Positions 28,101-40,334 of a DNA stretch of 64,000 nt are shown here, in pieces. The stretch is from Paraspadella gotoi. Its lineage: Eukaryota > Animalia > Chaetognatha. Below the pieces are notes generated by a model. It made no database searches, was not told the DNA's origin, and saw only the letters and a list, made by a program, of their open reading frames with translations. Positions within the stretch are counted from its first letter, which is position 1. Every line of letters starts with the position of its first letter. The DNA is taken from the NCBI GenBank assembly GCA_051294375.1, contig CM119264.1, positions 8,067,051-8,131,050 of the forward strand, given 5' to 3'. The translations under genes and the position numbers were made by a program.

Positions 28101-28919
28101 GCGAGACGCCAAATTGCCTTTGTTTTCCACGGATGGTGGGTGGATGAAGAGAAGGCGGTTAACTTGGGTGGAGTGGCCTGAAAAATGAGAAAAGGGAGGA
28201 ATATTGAGTGTTTGAGAGGAAGAGTAAAATCGTATAAGAGGTTATATTGAAGATAGAAAAAAGAAAAATTTGGGAAGGGATTTGAAGGAATTCAAAGGAA
28301 AAAAAGTGGATATAGGCACAGTTTTTACGTATATTTTACCAGTGAATGTCTGCAAAAGTTCGTGGGTTTTAGCGTCCCAAAATTTAATTTTTCTGGCTGC
28401 CGAGATAATAAAATTTCCGTCAGCGCTAATAGACAGCGAGACAACGGGCCTCTTGTCGCCTTTCCAGGACGCGACGATCTTCCCGTCAACTACGTCCCAT
28501 TGCGCGATGACGCCATCTTCGCCGCAACTGTAAAGCCGCGTCCCGTCCCTGCTCCAACAAAGATCGTTAACACGTCCCGAGTGACGTCCCGTCAGTTTAT
28601 TACGAAGTGAGGCCTCGGCGAAACTGTAGAGAAAAGCGTCTCCAGTCTCTGTTCCCCAGGCAATAAGCGTCAGCGTTTCCACTGCCTCGGCGGCGCCGTC
28701 TCCCACCTCTTTCTTCTTCCTCTTCCTAACGGTCGACGTGCGCGTTCGTATGGGCGCCCATCGAAGGCAGGTCCCCAGCGAGGCAAGATGAGCGCTAGGA
28801 GTGTAATCTTGGTGTAGCTGTCCCGTATGCGCGTCCCAGATTTTCAAGACACCTCCACGAGTGACGTGGGCCAAAAAGTTCCCACACACGGAAAACTGGG
28901 AGTTTCGCGACTCGTCCAT
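25105..28919 (-). CDS. WDR43: WD repeat protein 43 / Utp5 (t-UTP, small-subunit processome)
   Basis: N-terminal WD40 region LKIWDAHTGQLHQDYTPSAHLASLGTCLRW, GRHSGRVNDLCW and FTG|HSTQV. C-terminal Utp12-like domain LLLTQGLVSKD...WLKWLL...KLQGRLELVLAQ, then an acidic tail. Confidence 0.92.
26512..27692 (+). mobile_element. HINE-like family 1 copy carrying an 18-bp satellite, in a WDR43 intron
   Basis: Same 5' and 3' blocks as 17480-18176. A subterminal inverted pair GTCGGATCTGC (26533-26543) / GCAGATACGAC (27676-27686) is present, the latter inside a terminal hairpin followed by AAAAA. Confidence 0.72.
26678..27389. repeat. Tandem array of 18-bp unit CCATTTTTTCAACTTGCA, ~39 copies
   Basis: Directly visible. 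Units differ only in T-run length (5-7). Confidence 0.98.
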
Positions 28920-29353
28920 GATCACAGCCTTTTACACACGATCAATTTTAACAATGGTTGAAACGAGTATTTGTCCCGAAAAGTTTTTTATGATAAAAGA
29001 TAAATTGTCTGTTTTGATGTCGAAAGGTTTTCGGAAAAGTCATTTACAATTTGAAAATTTTACACCTTTTTGAAATAAATTTTTAATGTTTACCAATAAC
29101 CATACAATCGTTTAACATTCAAATTCATCAGTATGTTTAAAATTGTTGAAAAGTCCGGACGATCATCTACAACTCCGATGCTTTTTTATAACGTAGAAAA
29201 AAAAACAAAGGTTGTGGAAGGTTGATAAGTATTAAATAATAAAACGCCGCTAGAAAGAGGTAATTTGAAATAATCAGGGAGCAGAAAAAAGCGAGGCACA
29301 TTTCCCAAAAATTAGCGAGGCTCTGGACCCACGTTGCCAGCAACAAGCAGTCA

Positions 29354-29364
29354 AACATGGCGGC
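29354..29364 (+). promoter_or_regulatory. YY1-like motif in the strand-switch (divergent promoter) region
   Basis: AACATGGCGGC lies in the only GC-rich patch (~29.29-29.45 kb) between the divergent WDR43 and FAAH2 genes. Confidence 0.4.
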
Positions 29365-30397
29365 GGCCTAAAATCTAGAAGTAACTCGTCCGCTTCTTCA
29401 GCCACAATAGACAAATGCGACTTCATTCAGTTTGTCAGTTTACGACTCGTTATGAAATTAAAAAACGTTATCAAACGAGATCGAATTACATTTTTTATTT
29501 CTTATAATTTTCTATATAAGGTGCTTAAAATCTTTATAGACAAAAATAACGTTCTTTTAAGTACAACTTTAGCGATGTTCATTTGTATTTTTCACTAAAG
29601 GGGGACATCTAACGTTGACTTTGGGTGTTTGTCTTTTTCTGTTTTTCTGTTTTGATGTTTCGATGATCACTTGCTACTTTGCTATTTTGCTAGTTTGCTA
29701 TGCTCTTATGCTCCTATGTCCTTAATAATCATTGTGAAAGTACCTTTTTTCTGAAAGGAAAACAACAATTTTACTCATTCTGATGAATTGGGCGTTAAAC
29801 GACTGTATGGTCAACCTTAAAGTTAAGAATTTTGTCAAATTGTGAAATTGTGAAATTGTCAAAATACTACATAATAGTGTATTTTTTCAATTTGTAACAT
29901 CTGTGGCGAAGATATCATGTGCATACATCGTTTTACTGTCGTTTTACTATCCGTAGTTTTGGCGACCGCCTTCGATTTGCCGGTTTTTTTTTTCAGGAAA
30001 TAAAATGAAGTACGTTATTGTTAGGACCCGCCGGTCCGTCCTCATCCTCAAACGCCCGCGAGAATATTCGAGGAAACTACTCCTCCCCGGCGAAATGCTT
30101 CAGTAGTCCAGAGATGCTGCCAAAACATGCCTTTGAAGCATCTCGGCGGCGACGAGGCTATCGTGATATCTTGTTTGGACTTTATTACGTCGTCCTAACA
30201 GGACTGGCGGGTCCTAACGTTATCGACATTATAAAAAAGGTCTAGTGCCGTCTTTAGTTTGAAAATGTTTGGATTTATAACTGGATTTATAACGAATATA
30301 ACGAAATGTAGAGAGCTCCGGCAAACTAGTAAACTAGCGTATTTTCTGTCATGTAAAAGTCGAAACTACTACTTACTACTCCGTTGATAAGCTGGGT

Positions 30398-32074
30398 ATG
30401 CGAAATGGAATAGGTACAAAAATGCCTTCTACCTTCACTAAAAAAGGGTATTGTACCTGTTTAAAAGCTAGAGTTTCTTCAATTTGTCTTGTAATTTTGG
30501 ACGTATTATTCGAAATATGGAACATGTTTATGCGTCGCGTTCATGTTCCTCCAATAGTCGACGGGACATTGCTATTGTCGGCGACGGAACTGGCCGCAGA
30601 CATTCGTAATCGTCGGAGGACCTCAGTGTCTGTCGTCGAGGACTTTGTTCATAGGATTCGTGAAATCAACCCCACGCTTAACTGTATGGTCGCCGATCGC
30701 TTCTCCGAGGCGCTTGTCGAAGCTAGAGAAATAGACGCCATTCTCGATTCCGATCCAACATCGGAGCTTGTATCGAAAGATAGCAAGCCGTTTCTCGGAG
30801 TACCGTTTACCATCAAGGATTTTTTCGCCGTTAAAGGTTTGCCAAATACCTGCGGCTTCATTAATTTTAAAGAGCGCGTGGCGACTGCTGACGCGGTGGC
30901 GGTGAAGAGAATGCGCGATGCAGGTGCCATACCGCTTGGTCTTACTAACGTCCCGGAACTTTGCATGTGGTGGGAAACCAACTGTCTACTCTGGGGCCGT
31001 ACTCGCAACGTCTACGACAATCGGCGTATTGTGGGCGGAAGTTCGGGCGGCGAAGGTTGCATAATCAGTGCCGGTGGTTCCGTTTTTGGGGTCGGTTCCG
31101 ACATTGCCGGCAGCGTCCGACTCCCTGGATTCTTCAATGGAGTTTTCGGTCACAAACCCACGCGTTACATGGTCCCGAATTTAGGTCAGTTCCCCTATGA
31201 CTCCACCGAAGACAAGCTCAATTGCACTGGTCCAATTTGCAGGTTTGCCTCGGATCTTTTGTCAACTTTAAAGGTTTTGGCTGGCAAAGAAAATTCTGCA
31301 AAGATGAAGCTAGACCAGCCGGTTGATCCACTTAACATGGGTTCGACTTTAAAAGTTTACAGTTGCACAGCTTTTAATTATGAACTTAATCAAGAGCTTC
31401 AAGACGCTCAGATGCGCGTTGCGTCGTTTCTTGCGAGCGCCGGTGCCGATGTTGAAGAACGTGAATTCGCGGAATTTCGTGGATTTTCAGAGATGTGGCC
31501 GGCTGTACGTCGCAGCACCGGTGCCCCACCTATCTGCCAATTTATGGGGTTGCCGGGACCTAATGCGATGAATCCTTTCAAGGAGATTCTTCTTTGGATC
31601 TTTGGTCTTTCTCATCACACTTTTCCGGCGATCATGATGGGTTGGCTGGAGTGGACGAGCACCTCTTCACCCGCTGATTGGGAGAAGAAGTCAAATCTGG
31701 GCCAGCTTATGGAAAACGATCTTGACCGACTTTTGGGTCCGTACGGCATTCTTCTCTGTCCCACAGTTATGGATTATGCTTATTACCACAATCAACCTAT
31801 CTACAGAAAGTGTAATCACTTGTACACTATGATTTTTAATATTGTGGGATGCCCCGTGACTCAAGTTCCTCTGGGATTAGGCAAGAAGGGCGTGCCCTTG
31901 GGTCTGCAAGTCGTCGCCGCAAAGTACAATGACAAACTTTCTATAGCCATAGCTGAAATGATAGAGAAGGAATTTGGGGGTTGGGTCAACCCTTCAACCC
32001 TAAGGACATCATTAGTCATTAGTTTGTCATCGTTCACCTCGGAATATACTAATTTTGAATGTTACAATATTTAA
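30398..32074 (+). CDS. FAAH2: Amidase signature enzyme, fatty-acid amide hydrolase 2-like; intronless ORF
   Basis: 558-aa ORF with PFLGVPFTIKD (catalytic Lys), GGSSGGEG and GSDIAGSVR (Ser-Ser), TNVPELCMWWET, FGHKPT, and C-terminal PVTQVPLGL...PLGLQVVA...EFGGW typical of FAAH2. Confidence 0.88.
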   Translation: MRNGIGTKMPSTFTKKGYCTCLKARVSSICLVILDVLFEIWNMFMRRVHVPPIVDGTLLLSATELAADIRNRRRTSVSVVEDFVHRIREINPTLNCMVADRFSEALVEAREIDAILDSDPTSELVSKDSKPFLGVPFTIKDFFAVKGLPNTCGFINFKERVATADAVAVKRMRDAGAIPLGLTNVPELCMWWETNCLLWGRTRNVYDNRRIVGGSSGGEGCIISAGGSVFGVGSDIAGSVRLPGFFNGVFGHKPTRYMVPNLGQFPYDSTEDKLNCTGPICRFASDLLSTLKVLAGKENSAKMKLDQPVDPLNMGSTLKVYSCTAFNYELNQELQDAQMRVASFLASAGADVEEREFAEFRGFSEMWPAVRRSTGAPPICQFMGLPGPNAMNPFKEILLWIFGLSHHTFPAIMMGWLEWTSTSSPADWEKKSNLGQLMENDLDRLLGPYGILLCPTVMDYAYYHNQPIYRKCNHLYTMIFNIVGCPVTQVPLGLGKKGVPLGLQVVAAKYNDKLSIAIAEMIEKEFGGWVNPSTLRTSLVISLSSFTSEYTNFECYNI

Positions 32075-32350
32075 TAAATTTTACAATACTTACTAAATAA
32101 CAAATAGTTTAAAATAATTTCATAAATATTACACTACTTAGTACTTACTACTTACTATGCATTAAAACGGAAATTTTCGGGATATTGCTTCATCATCGAT
32201 CTATCCAGTTCGATTTTATTAGTAAAAAAAAGTCCTGTTAGCTTTTTTGGTGCTTTTCCTGTAAATCTAAGCATGACCTGGTCACTCGCCTTTTTTTCCG
32301 GAGGAGAAAAATCTTGATTTATTTATGTAGAATATTACAATTCTCAATTA

Positions 32351-33110
32351 ATTTTTATCTCGCCAGACGGGCTAAGGTCCGTCTTGGGCGAGATGTTAGT
32401 TCGCTTCTGCTTCTTTGTGACCGTTGTCGTCACGCTTTTTTATAATTATAAATTTTAAGTGTGTAACTATAGGAAGCTAAAAATATAGATGGCTTCTAAT
32501 TAGCAATATTTTTTCCTTAACATGTTTCATATTGCTACACGCATTTGTTTGTTTTATTTACAAAACAATTATATCTATTTATATATAAAAATTATTACGA
32601 ATTACGATTGATTCTTATAAAAGTGTGATATCAATGGAAGCTAAAAATTTAGATATGGCTTTTCATCGTCAAGATATTTCTAGAATCACATGTTTCATAT
32701 TGCATTTGTTTGTTTTATTTAAAAAATAATTTTTATATAAAAAAACTACAAATTACGAATTACGTTTTATTGTATGTTGTTCATTCCTGAATTGTAAAAT
32801 TTTAATTCAAGGAAAATTTTATATTTTTACTACTCTATTCATTGTCCGTTTTATTACCATCAACAGAATAGACCTATAGGCGGACCTTGTCGGCCTTATG
32901 ATGTGATTGCTCGTCTTCAAGACCAGATCATCATTACCCTGTCAGACACAAGCCATTTCGGGACGAGAAACTGTTAGCCTTCTCGCACCCACACACCTGG
33001 AGGACCTGCAAAGACCCACCGCCCTCGTCGACTAGAAAGGGGGTGGCATCAACGGAATAGACCTATAGACGGACCTTGTCCTCCTAGTGATGTAATTGCT
33101 CGTCTTCGCG
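32351..33110. mobile_element. HINE/Helentron-like element family 2
   Basis: A T-run is followed by the strong hairpin ATCTCGCC-AGACGG...CCGTCT-TGGGCGAGAT (32357-32394). Two ~165-bp internal tandem units lie at 32472-32610 and 32636-32770. AAGGTCCGTCT in the hairpin is the inverse of AGACGGACCTT at ~33068. The ~60-bp end block is duplicated (32858-32918, 33047-33107). Confidence 0.55.
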
Positions 33111-33206
33111 AATTTTATTTTACAACGTTGAGGTGAAACGACAGGGCTCTCGTTGACGTTATGAACCAGTTTCCATGAAGAAAAACCCTCTGAGATTCGC
33201 GAGAAA

Positions 33207-35284
33207 ATGAAGCGCGCAAATCGTTTTTCTTCATTCCGCGTTCCGGTCTCGTTTTCCGGGCGCCTTTTGGTTGTGCGCCATTCCTCCTCCGCAACTGCGA
33301 CTCGATCTCGACCTGAAACTTCATTTTGCCCCGACCTTACTACGTCCAATGCTCTTCCTTTTGCCCGCGCACGATTGGGAAATTTCTACGAGACTCCACC
33401 AGAGTTACGCAACCAGTTCGACGAAGACCCCATTCTTCGTCGCTACTTGGCGCAACGTCTACCCGCCGAAATTCTTGCTGCCGTTGAACCTGACTTGAGA
33501 AACTTCGGCGGTCGGGTTGTGGATGACTTGTTGCGACTTCACCGCGAGTGCGAGATCAACCTTCCTCGATTAGAATCGTTCGACGCTTGGGGCCGGCGAA
33601 CCGACCGACTCGTCACTTGTGAAGCGTGGAGAGAGATGAAGAGAATATCGGCCGAGGAGGGTCTGGTTGCCATCGGCTACGAGAATCAGTTTGGAGAATG
33701 GAGCAGGCTTTATCAGGTTTTAAAACAATTTTAAACTTGATTCAACATTATAACTAAAAATTAAAACAGCGATAAATAACATGCAAACTTTTGCTCAATT
33801 GTGGATATGTTTCTTTCTTTTGACAAACTGTTTAACAACAGCTGATCTGTATTTGACAGATGGCAAAGCTGTTGTTATTTGCTGCGTCGGCCGGTCTCTA
33901 TTCTTGTCCACTTGCCATGACGGACGGGGCTGCCAAGATTCTCACGGAAAAGGATCCTGGTTCGCTTCATCCCGATCTCGCATCTGCGCTCGGCCGACTC
34001 ACCAACCGTGATCCTCAGAAGTTCTGGACCTCCGGCCAGTGGATGACGGAGCGAAAAGGTGGCTCTGACGTGGCTTCCGGCTGCGAGACCAAAGCCTTTA
34101 GACAATCAGACGGCACATTCCACCTTTATGGCTATAAATGGTTCTCATCCGCTACCGACTCTGACATGGCGTTGACATTGGCGCGAATCGTCGACGACGA
34201 TGGCGAAGTCGAACTCGGAACGCGCGGTCTCTCCCTGTTTTATCTCGAAACGCACGAGAATTCCAAGGGATCGGCCAATCCGTCACTGAACGGCATAGAG
34301 GTTGTGCGTCTTAAGAACAAACTTGGCACTAGGCAGGTCCCGACGGCGGAGCTCTTACTGGACGGTTCGCGAGCGATGTTGGTCTCACAACCTGGAAGAG
34401 GCGTGGCCGAAATCGCTCCTATGCTCGCTGTGACGCGACTTCATAACTCTGTTTCGGCGGCGTCGTCCATGAGACGGGTCGTTAACGTCGCCAAAGATTA
34501 CGCTTCGAAAAGAATGGCTTTTGGACGGAAGATCATCGATCATCCCCTGCACGCTCAAACTTTGGCTGGCATGGAGCTCGAGGCTCGCGCATGCTCTCTG
34601 CTCACGTTGGAATTGGCCACTCTCCTCGGAAAGGCGGAAAGTGCAGCTTTCCATCAGGACGAGGATGCATCGACGATCAGCAGATCCGTCTCTCTCCTAC
34701 GCATTCTCACGCCTTTGACTAAACTGTATACGGCCAAGTGCGCCATCAATTGCATCTCCGAAGGGTTGGAATCTTTGGGAGGTCAGGGTTATATCGAAGA
34801 CACTGGAATGCCGACTTATTTTCGAGACGCTCAAGTCCTGTCTATCTGGGAAGGAACTACGAACGTTTTGAGCCTTGACGTCTTGCGTTGTGTGTCCAAG
34901 TCGCGGGGTAATGACATCCAGGAATTATTCTTAGAGGTCGAAGAGAAATTGACGAAAAATAGGGTGTCCTCGTTGACGCGGACCGTAGAAAAAGTCCGCA
35001 CCGCCGTCTCTGAAGTTGCTGACTGGTTTCCTAACGCAGCCGCGGATCCTTCATCGCTAGAGGCGTCAGCGAGGGATCTGTCGTACGTCTTGTCCAGGAT
35101 CTTTGCAGCATCTCTGTTCGTTGAATTGGCCAACGCGACTGGACGCGAGTTAGATGTAGAAATTGCCAAGCGCTGGGTCGCTTTGCGGGATTTAAATATG
35201 GTCGTTCGAAGATTTGACGCAGGGAATTACGAGACCGTCGCTAGGGATGTTGATCGCGAAATCGCTAGCAACATGACTCGGTAG
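33207..35284 (+). CDS. Acyl-CoA dehydrogenase, AidB / C. elegans ACDH-11-like, with an Arg-rich mitochondrial-type presequence; one intron (~33717-33859)
   Basis: FDAWGRRTD, YSCPLAMTDGAA, WTSGQWMTERKGGSDV, LYGYKWFSSA, RLKNKLGTR, ESLGGQGYIED, RDAQVLSIWEGTTNVL. Confidence 0.9.
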
Positions 35285-35637
35285 TCACTAGTCAGTAAGC
35301 TTTATCAAGTTTTATTATGTCTATAGATTTCATTTATTGTACAAACAAATAATTAAAATTTAAATTGAAAGATTGGTCGCTAATCTATGTATTACGTATG
35401 TGAGTATACTTTTTATTTTATTATTATGAAATTGGTACAACCAATATAAAAATCATCCATTCATTAAATAAATAAGCTATCTTATATTATTTACGATGGT
35501 TTAATTGACTTTGTATTAATTTAATTTTTTCTGTAAATAACAGAAGTCACGCATTTGTATGTTTAACTTAATTTAAGTTTTTTTGTGTTTTTTTTCATTA
35601 TTTTGTAGTCTTTGTTACAAAGACTCTGACATCCAAG

Positions 35638-37436
35638 ATGTCCGTTTCGTGTCGGAGGCGATTATTACAGTTTGAGGACTTGCTCACTTTTCTTCGAGGC
35701 TTGCCTCCCTCCACACTCGACAGCCTCTACTCTCATCCGGCCGCTTGCGTCGCCGTCTTCCGGGATTTGCAGGAACTTTCGCGCCACTACATCCTTCGGA
35801 TGTTATTCATCGATCAAGTAAGTTTGTAACTTCGCGGAAGAATACGATATTTAGCTATATATGTAATCTGGCGAAAAAGGATTAGTGAAAGTGTATTATT
35901 TGGTCAACCAGATGTAATTTGAATTCTTTCACGACTTTCAATCTCGATTAGGCTGTTGCTCAAGCGGTCGTTTCATCTTGGGTCGCTTTCAATTGCCAAC
36001 CCAGTCACACGGAGGCAGTCAGGCCCATGGGCGAACTTCGAATTTGGCATGAATCTCCCATCCCCGGCGGTCTTCCCGGTTGGAAACTGAATTCCACCTT
36101 CAAAGTAAGTTATGACCATAGTCGAACTCTTTTTCAATTTTAGTCTCGGCGGTTAGCCAACCACTTACTTCTCTAGGATAATCTCCGAATCGGAATTCTC
36201 GGCGGAGGAACGCCGTGGTTCGACCCCCTTCCGGCGGCTCCCGACAAATACAGTCGGGATTCTGTTTTTCTCGACAAATACGCGACGGAGCGGTGGGAGT
36301 GCATCCTTCATTATATGGTCGGCACGCCCGGGTCGGCGGAAAACATCAGCAAGGACATTAAAGACACCCTGCTTAACGCGCGTCTAATGAAGTGCGACGT
36401 TACCGACGCCGCGCCGGTCATTTCCGCCGAAGGTTTTCAGTTTTTACTCCTCGACACGAAATCTCAAGTTTGGTACTTCGTTGTCAACTACTTAAAGACC
36501 GTTTCCAGTCGATCCACCAATAATTTGGATTTAGTGCAGGCATGCAGTGTAGTAGTGCTATTTTTATTGGGTTTATCAGATAAGTTAATATACATCCCTA
36601 ATCCTAGATCCTCGTCTTTGTGCTCAAATTAAACTTCACGACGACAGGAAAAGACTACTCGACGGGCAATTTCACCGAGGATCAGTTAGTCTGCCTTCAG
36701 CATCTTCGCGAATTCGGTCTAATATTCCAAAGGAAGCGGAAATCTAAACGCTTCTACCCGACAAAGTTGGCTGTGGACATGACGTCGGCGGTCGGCCCGG
36801 GTGACGGGGCTGGCGTTTCATCCGTTGCAAACTCTTCTTCATCTTCTCTTTCGTCAATGTCTTCGAGCGAAAAGGGTTTCGTTGTCGTGGAAACCAACTA
36901 TCACGTTTACGCTTATACGCAGTCTACACTCAAGATCGCCCTCTTAGCGCTTTTCGCCGAGATGCTCTACCGATTTCCCAACATGACTGTCGGAATACTG
37001 ACGCGCGAGAGCGTACGGCGCGCGCTCGGCGAGGGTATCACCGCCGAGCAGATCATTCACTTTCTCAAAACTCATGCTCATCCTGAGATGACGAAGTCCG
37101 CCAAGGGGGGCGTTATCCCCAGCGTCGTCTGTGACCAGATTCGCCTTTGGGAATTGGAACGCGATCGATTCACTTTTGAAGATGGCGTTCTTTATAACCA
37201 GTTCTTATCGCAACACGACTTCGAGCTCTTGAGGTGAGTTCGCCTCTAGTTTTTTTGCCGTTGTTATTCTCTTGAATTTATCAGTTGCTCTTCTTCGATT
37301 CGACAGAGATTATGCCAAGGATCAAAACTGTTGCGTCTGGGAGAATCCATCCAAACGGCTACTTGTCGTCACTCCCGCCGGTCACGAGGACGTTCGCCGA
37401 TTTTGGAAGCGACACAAAAACCAGTCGGACAAGTAA
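35638..37436 (+). CDS. GTF2H4: TFIIH subunit p52
   Basis: [108 protein letters not shown]. Includes a GC-AG intron at 36540-36607. Confidence 0.95.
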
Positions 37437-37841
37437 AATGTGCGCTTCGAATCTCTCCTTGAATTCTCCATGCATGGAACCATCTTTTTCGTTTCTCCTG
37501 CGTTTTGTTGGCAGGAAATAATTTTCCCTTTCACATATTTGAATTGTTTACCAGCGCGCTGACTTCACCTTCGTTAAAGAGAGATCTCGATTACTCGATA
37601 AACACTCCTCGGCCCGTTAATTTATCTTAAAGTATCTATCATTTGCTTTATGCCCGCTGCCTCTTCTTTCCAGAAGAAGATATGGTTGAATCGATCATCA
37701 GCTTACGATGTTTTGGGGCACGGTGTATTTTTCATTTCACTTTTTGGTCTTGAAAAATCCCCTCTCAAAAGAAAACGCAGAATTATTGAAAAAAAGCTTA
37801 ATCGTTCACAATGGTGAAGGTGAAGGTATTGAATTAGTAAG

Positions 37842-39433
37842 ATGACTCCTTTGCCAAGACTTTCGTGTTTCGCCTTTCAGAGTTTAGCTGCTCGTTCACC
37901 GTCCGCTCGTCTTCTGACCACCTTTACCACATCTTCCATGACCTCCTTCGGCCGACCTTCCTCAGACTTGGCGGCCTTTAGAAGGAGCTACGACGTAGCC
38001 AAGAACGTCGTCGTCCTTACCGGGGCTGGAGTCAGGTGGATATTGGCCTTGTGTGGCTTATTGAAAAATCCTACATAAATGCTAAGAAATCGATATATAA
38101 CCACAAGTATTTCTGAAAATACAAGCCAGTGCAAATTACAAATGGGATAAAAATCAGTTCCAGGGATCCTCAAAAGTTAATATCCATCAATTTCCTGTTC
38201 ACGCTTGTATGTTCCATTTTTCATAATATAACGTTTTGTAAACATACTCCTTATTTATCCCGATATCAGCGCCGAATCTGGGGTTCCCACGTTTCGAGGT
38301 GCAGGGGGATTCTGGCGCCGATGGCAAGCGCAAGATCTGGCGTCTCCTGGTGCCTTCAATCGAGACCCTAGTCTTGTATGGGAGTTCTACCATTACAGAA
38401 GAGAGGTCGGTCTAAACGATGCTGGTCGTTTCAATCAATATTTTTAATAATAATAATTTCGTCCAGTTGATGGGTTCGAAGTCTCCCAACCCGGCTCACT
38501 ACGCCATCGCCGCCGCCGAATTAGACGCAAAAAGCGCGGGAAAGAATTTCTCAGTCGTCACTCAAAACATCGACGGACTTCACCGAAAAGCTGGGACTCA
38601 AAATCTCGTCGAACTTCATGGAAATCTTTTTAAGGTTTTTATTAGATGAAGAATGATCGTTTGATTCGATTACAGAGATTGTGTAAATGTTTATCGTGTT
38701 CAGTCGCTGTGAAAGGTTTTTTAACAATGTGATTCGTCTGTCAATTTTCAAAACGCGGGAGGCCGAAATTCTCAGTTTGGATGTTCGGTATGTTAACAAG
38801 GTACATAGCATAATTAGATCTCCCAGGANNNNNNNNNNTTAAATAAGTAAGCCATCATTATGTGTATTTTAGACGCGGTGTACACAATGCGGAGACGTCA
38901 GAGTGAATAGAGACTCACCAATTTGTGAAGGGTTGCGGGGACGCGGAGCACCAGACCCCGACGCCGCTTCGTCTCCTATCCCGGTAGAGACTTTGCCGCG
39001 GTGCTGCGTCCACGGTTGTGGAGCTTTATTGCGGCCGCATGTGGTGTGGTTCGGTGAAGCACTGGAAACGGAAGTACTAGAGGTGAGCTCGCCGTCTTAA
39101 TTTTAAGAGCTTTAGTTTTTCCTTAAAGTTGCAAATTTTTGTTCATCATATCATTATTTTACAATCTCTTTTTTCAACCAGAAAGCGCATTCACTCGTTT
39201 CATCTTGCGACATTTGTCTCGTCGTTGGGACGTCGTCTGTTGTTTACCCCGCGGCGATGTTCGCGCCTTCTGTTGCCGCTCGGGGCGTCCCCGTCGCGGA
39301 ATTCAACCTCGAAGAGACCCCCGTCACTGAGTCCATGGGCTTCTTTTTCTCTGGTCCGGCCGGGCGGACGCTGCCGGACGCCTTGGGAGTGGCTGACCGG
39401 CTAGAGACAAACTTATTAAGTGAATCCAAATGA
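37842..39433 (+). CDS. SIRT5: NAD-dependent deacylase sirtuin-5
   Basis: [33 protein letters not shown] (Tyr/Arg succinyl-specificity pair), [43 protein letters not shown]. Confidence 0.93.
38829..38838. other. Assembly gap (10 N) in a SIRT5 intron
   Basis: Run of N. Confidence 0.95.
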
Positions 39434-39743
39434 CGAATTATGTATATTATATGTACTAAAAAACTAATGGCGGCTGTGGTAGCTTATTGGATTTTTCTTA
39501 TGTCACCATTTTAGCTACTAGTACTAGTTTTCTCCTCTTTTTGTGATTGAATGATGATTTTACAGCGTTTAATATATATATGTATTTTATATGCATTTAA
39601 GCTGACTTTAAAAAAATGTTTAAATTAAAACATTTTTAGCAAAAATACAGTGGATATTTTTGGGTTCTTTATAGTGTCTACTTAAAAGGTCTGGCTGACT
39701 GCAACAGTTTCTAAATTACCTTCCTTACCCTCAACGTTTAAAA

Positions 39744-39956
39744 ATGTCGAATCTATCGACAAAAGTTTACAACGCCGTCTTTAAGCGCACTTCGACCTTT
39801 ACGCTGACGGTCATCGTGGGGGTGCTATTCTTTGACCGTCTTCTCACAAGGAGCGCCGAAACCGTGTGGCATCGACTCAATGACGGAAAACTTTACCCGG
39901 ATGTCGTCAGAAGGTTGGAAACGTTGAAGGCCGTGGAGGAAGACGACGAAGACTGA
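39744..39956 (+). CDS. UQCR10: Cytochrome b-c1 complex subunit 9 (QCR9)
   Basis: 70 aa: VYNAVFKRTSTFTLTVIVGVLFFDR...WHRLNDGKLY, the QCR9 signature. Confidence 0.9.
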   Translation: MSNLSTKVYNAVFKRTSTFTLTVIVGVLFFDRLLTRSAETVWHRLNDGKLYPDVVRRLETLKAVEEDDED

Positions 39957-40334
39957 AAAAGGATGACGGACGACGACAGGAGGGGATTTGCTACTCGACG
40001 AACGAGCTGAGCGGGAAAGAATGCCATCGCAACCTCGATTGGAAAACTTACATCAATTCAAATTAATTTTGATTATTTCGAAACTAGTTGACTTTTAAAA
40101 CTGTCGTCGTCCTAAGTTAGTAGATTTTGGCCTTCTGGTCTTTTGTTTGCTCCAAAGTAATTGTGGCGGTGATTTTCTGTAATTTATTTTTTCTGTTGTC
40201 AGCGAGACGTTTTCTATCAATGATAAATATACTTTAATTAAACCCAATGGAACGGGGATTGGAAAGTCATTGAACGTAAAAAAAAAGCGCACATTCGCAA
40301 AACAAACCGTCTCGAGCGAATTGACAATCTCAAA

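Noticed and set aside
33207-35284. Bacterial AidB horizontal transfer or contamination
   Set aside because: It has a spliceosomal intron and a presequence, and the AidB/ACDH-11-like family is already known in invertebrates.
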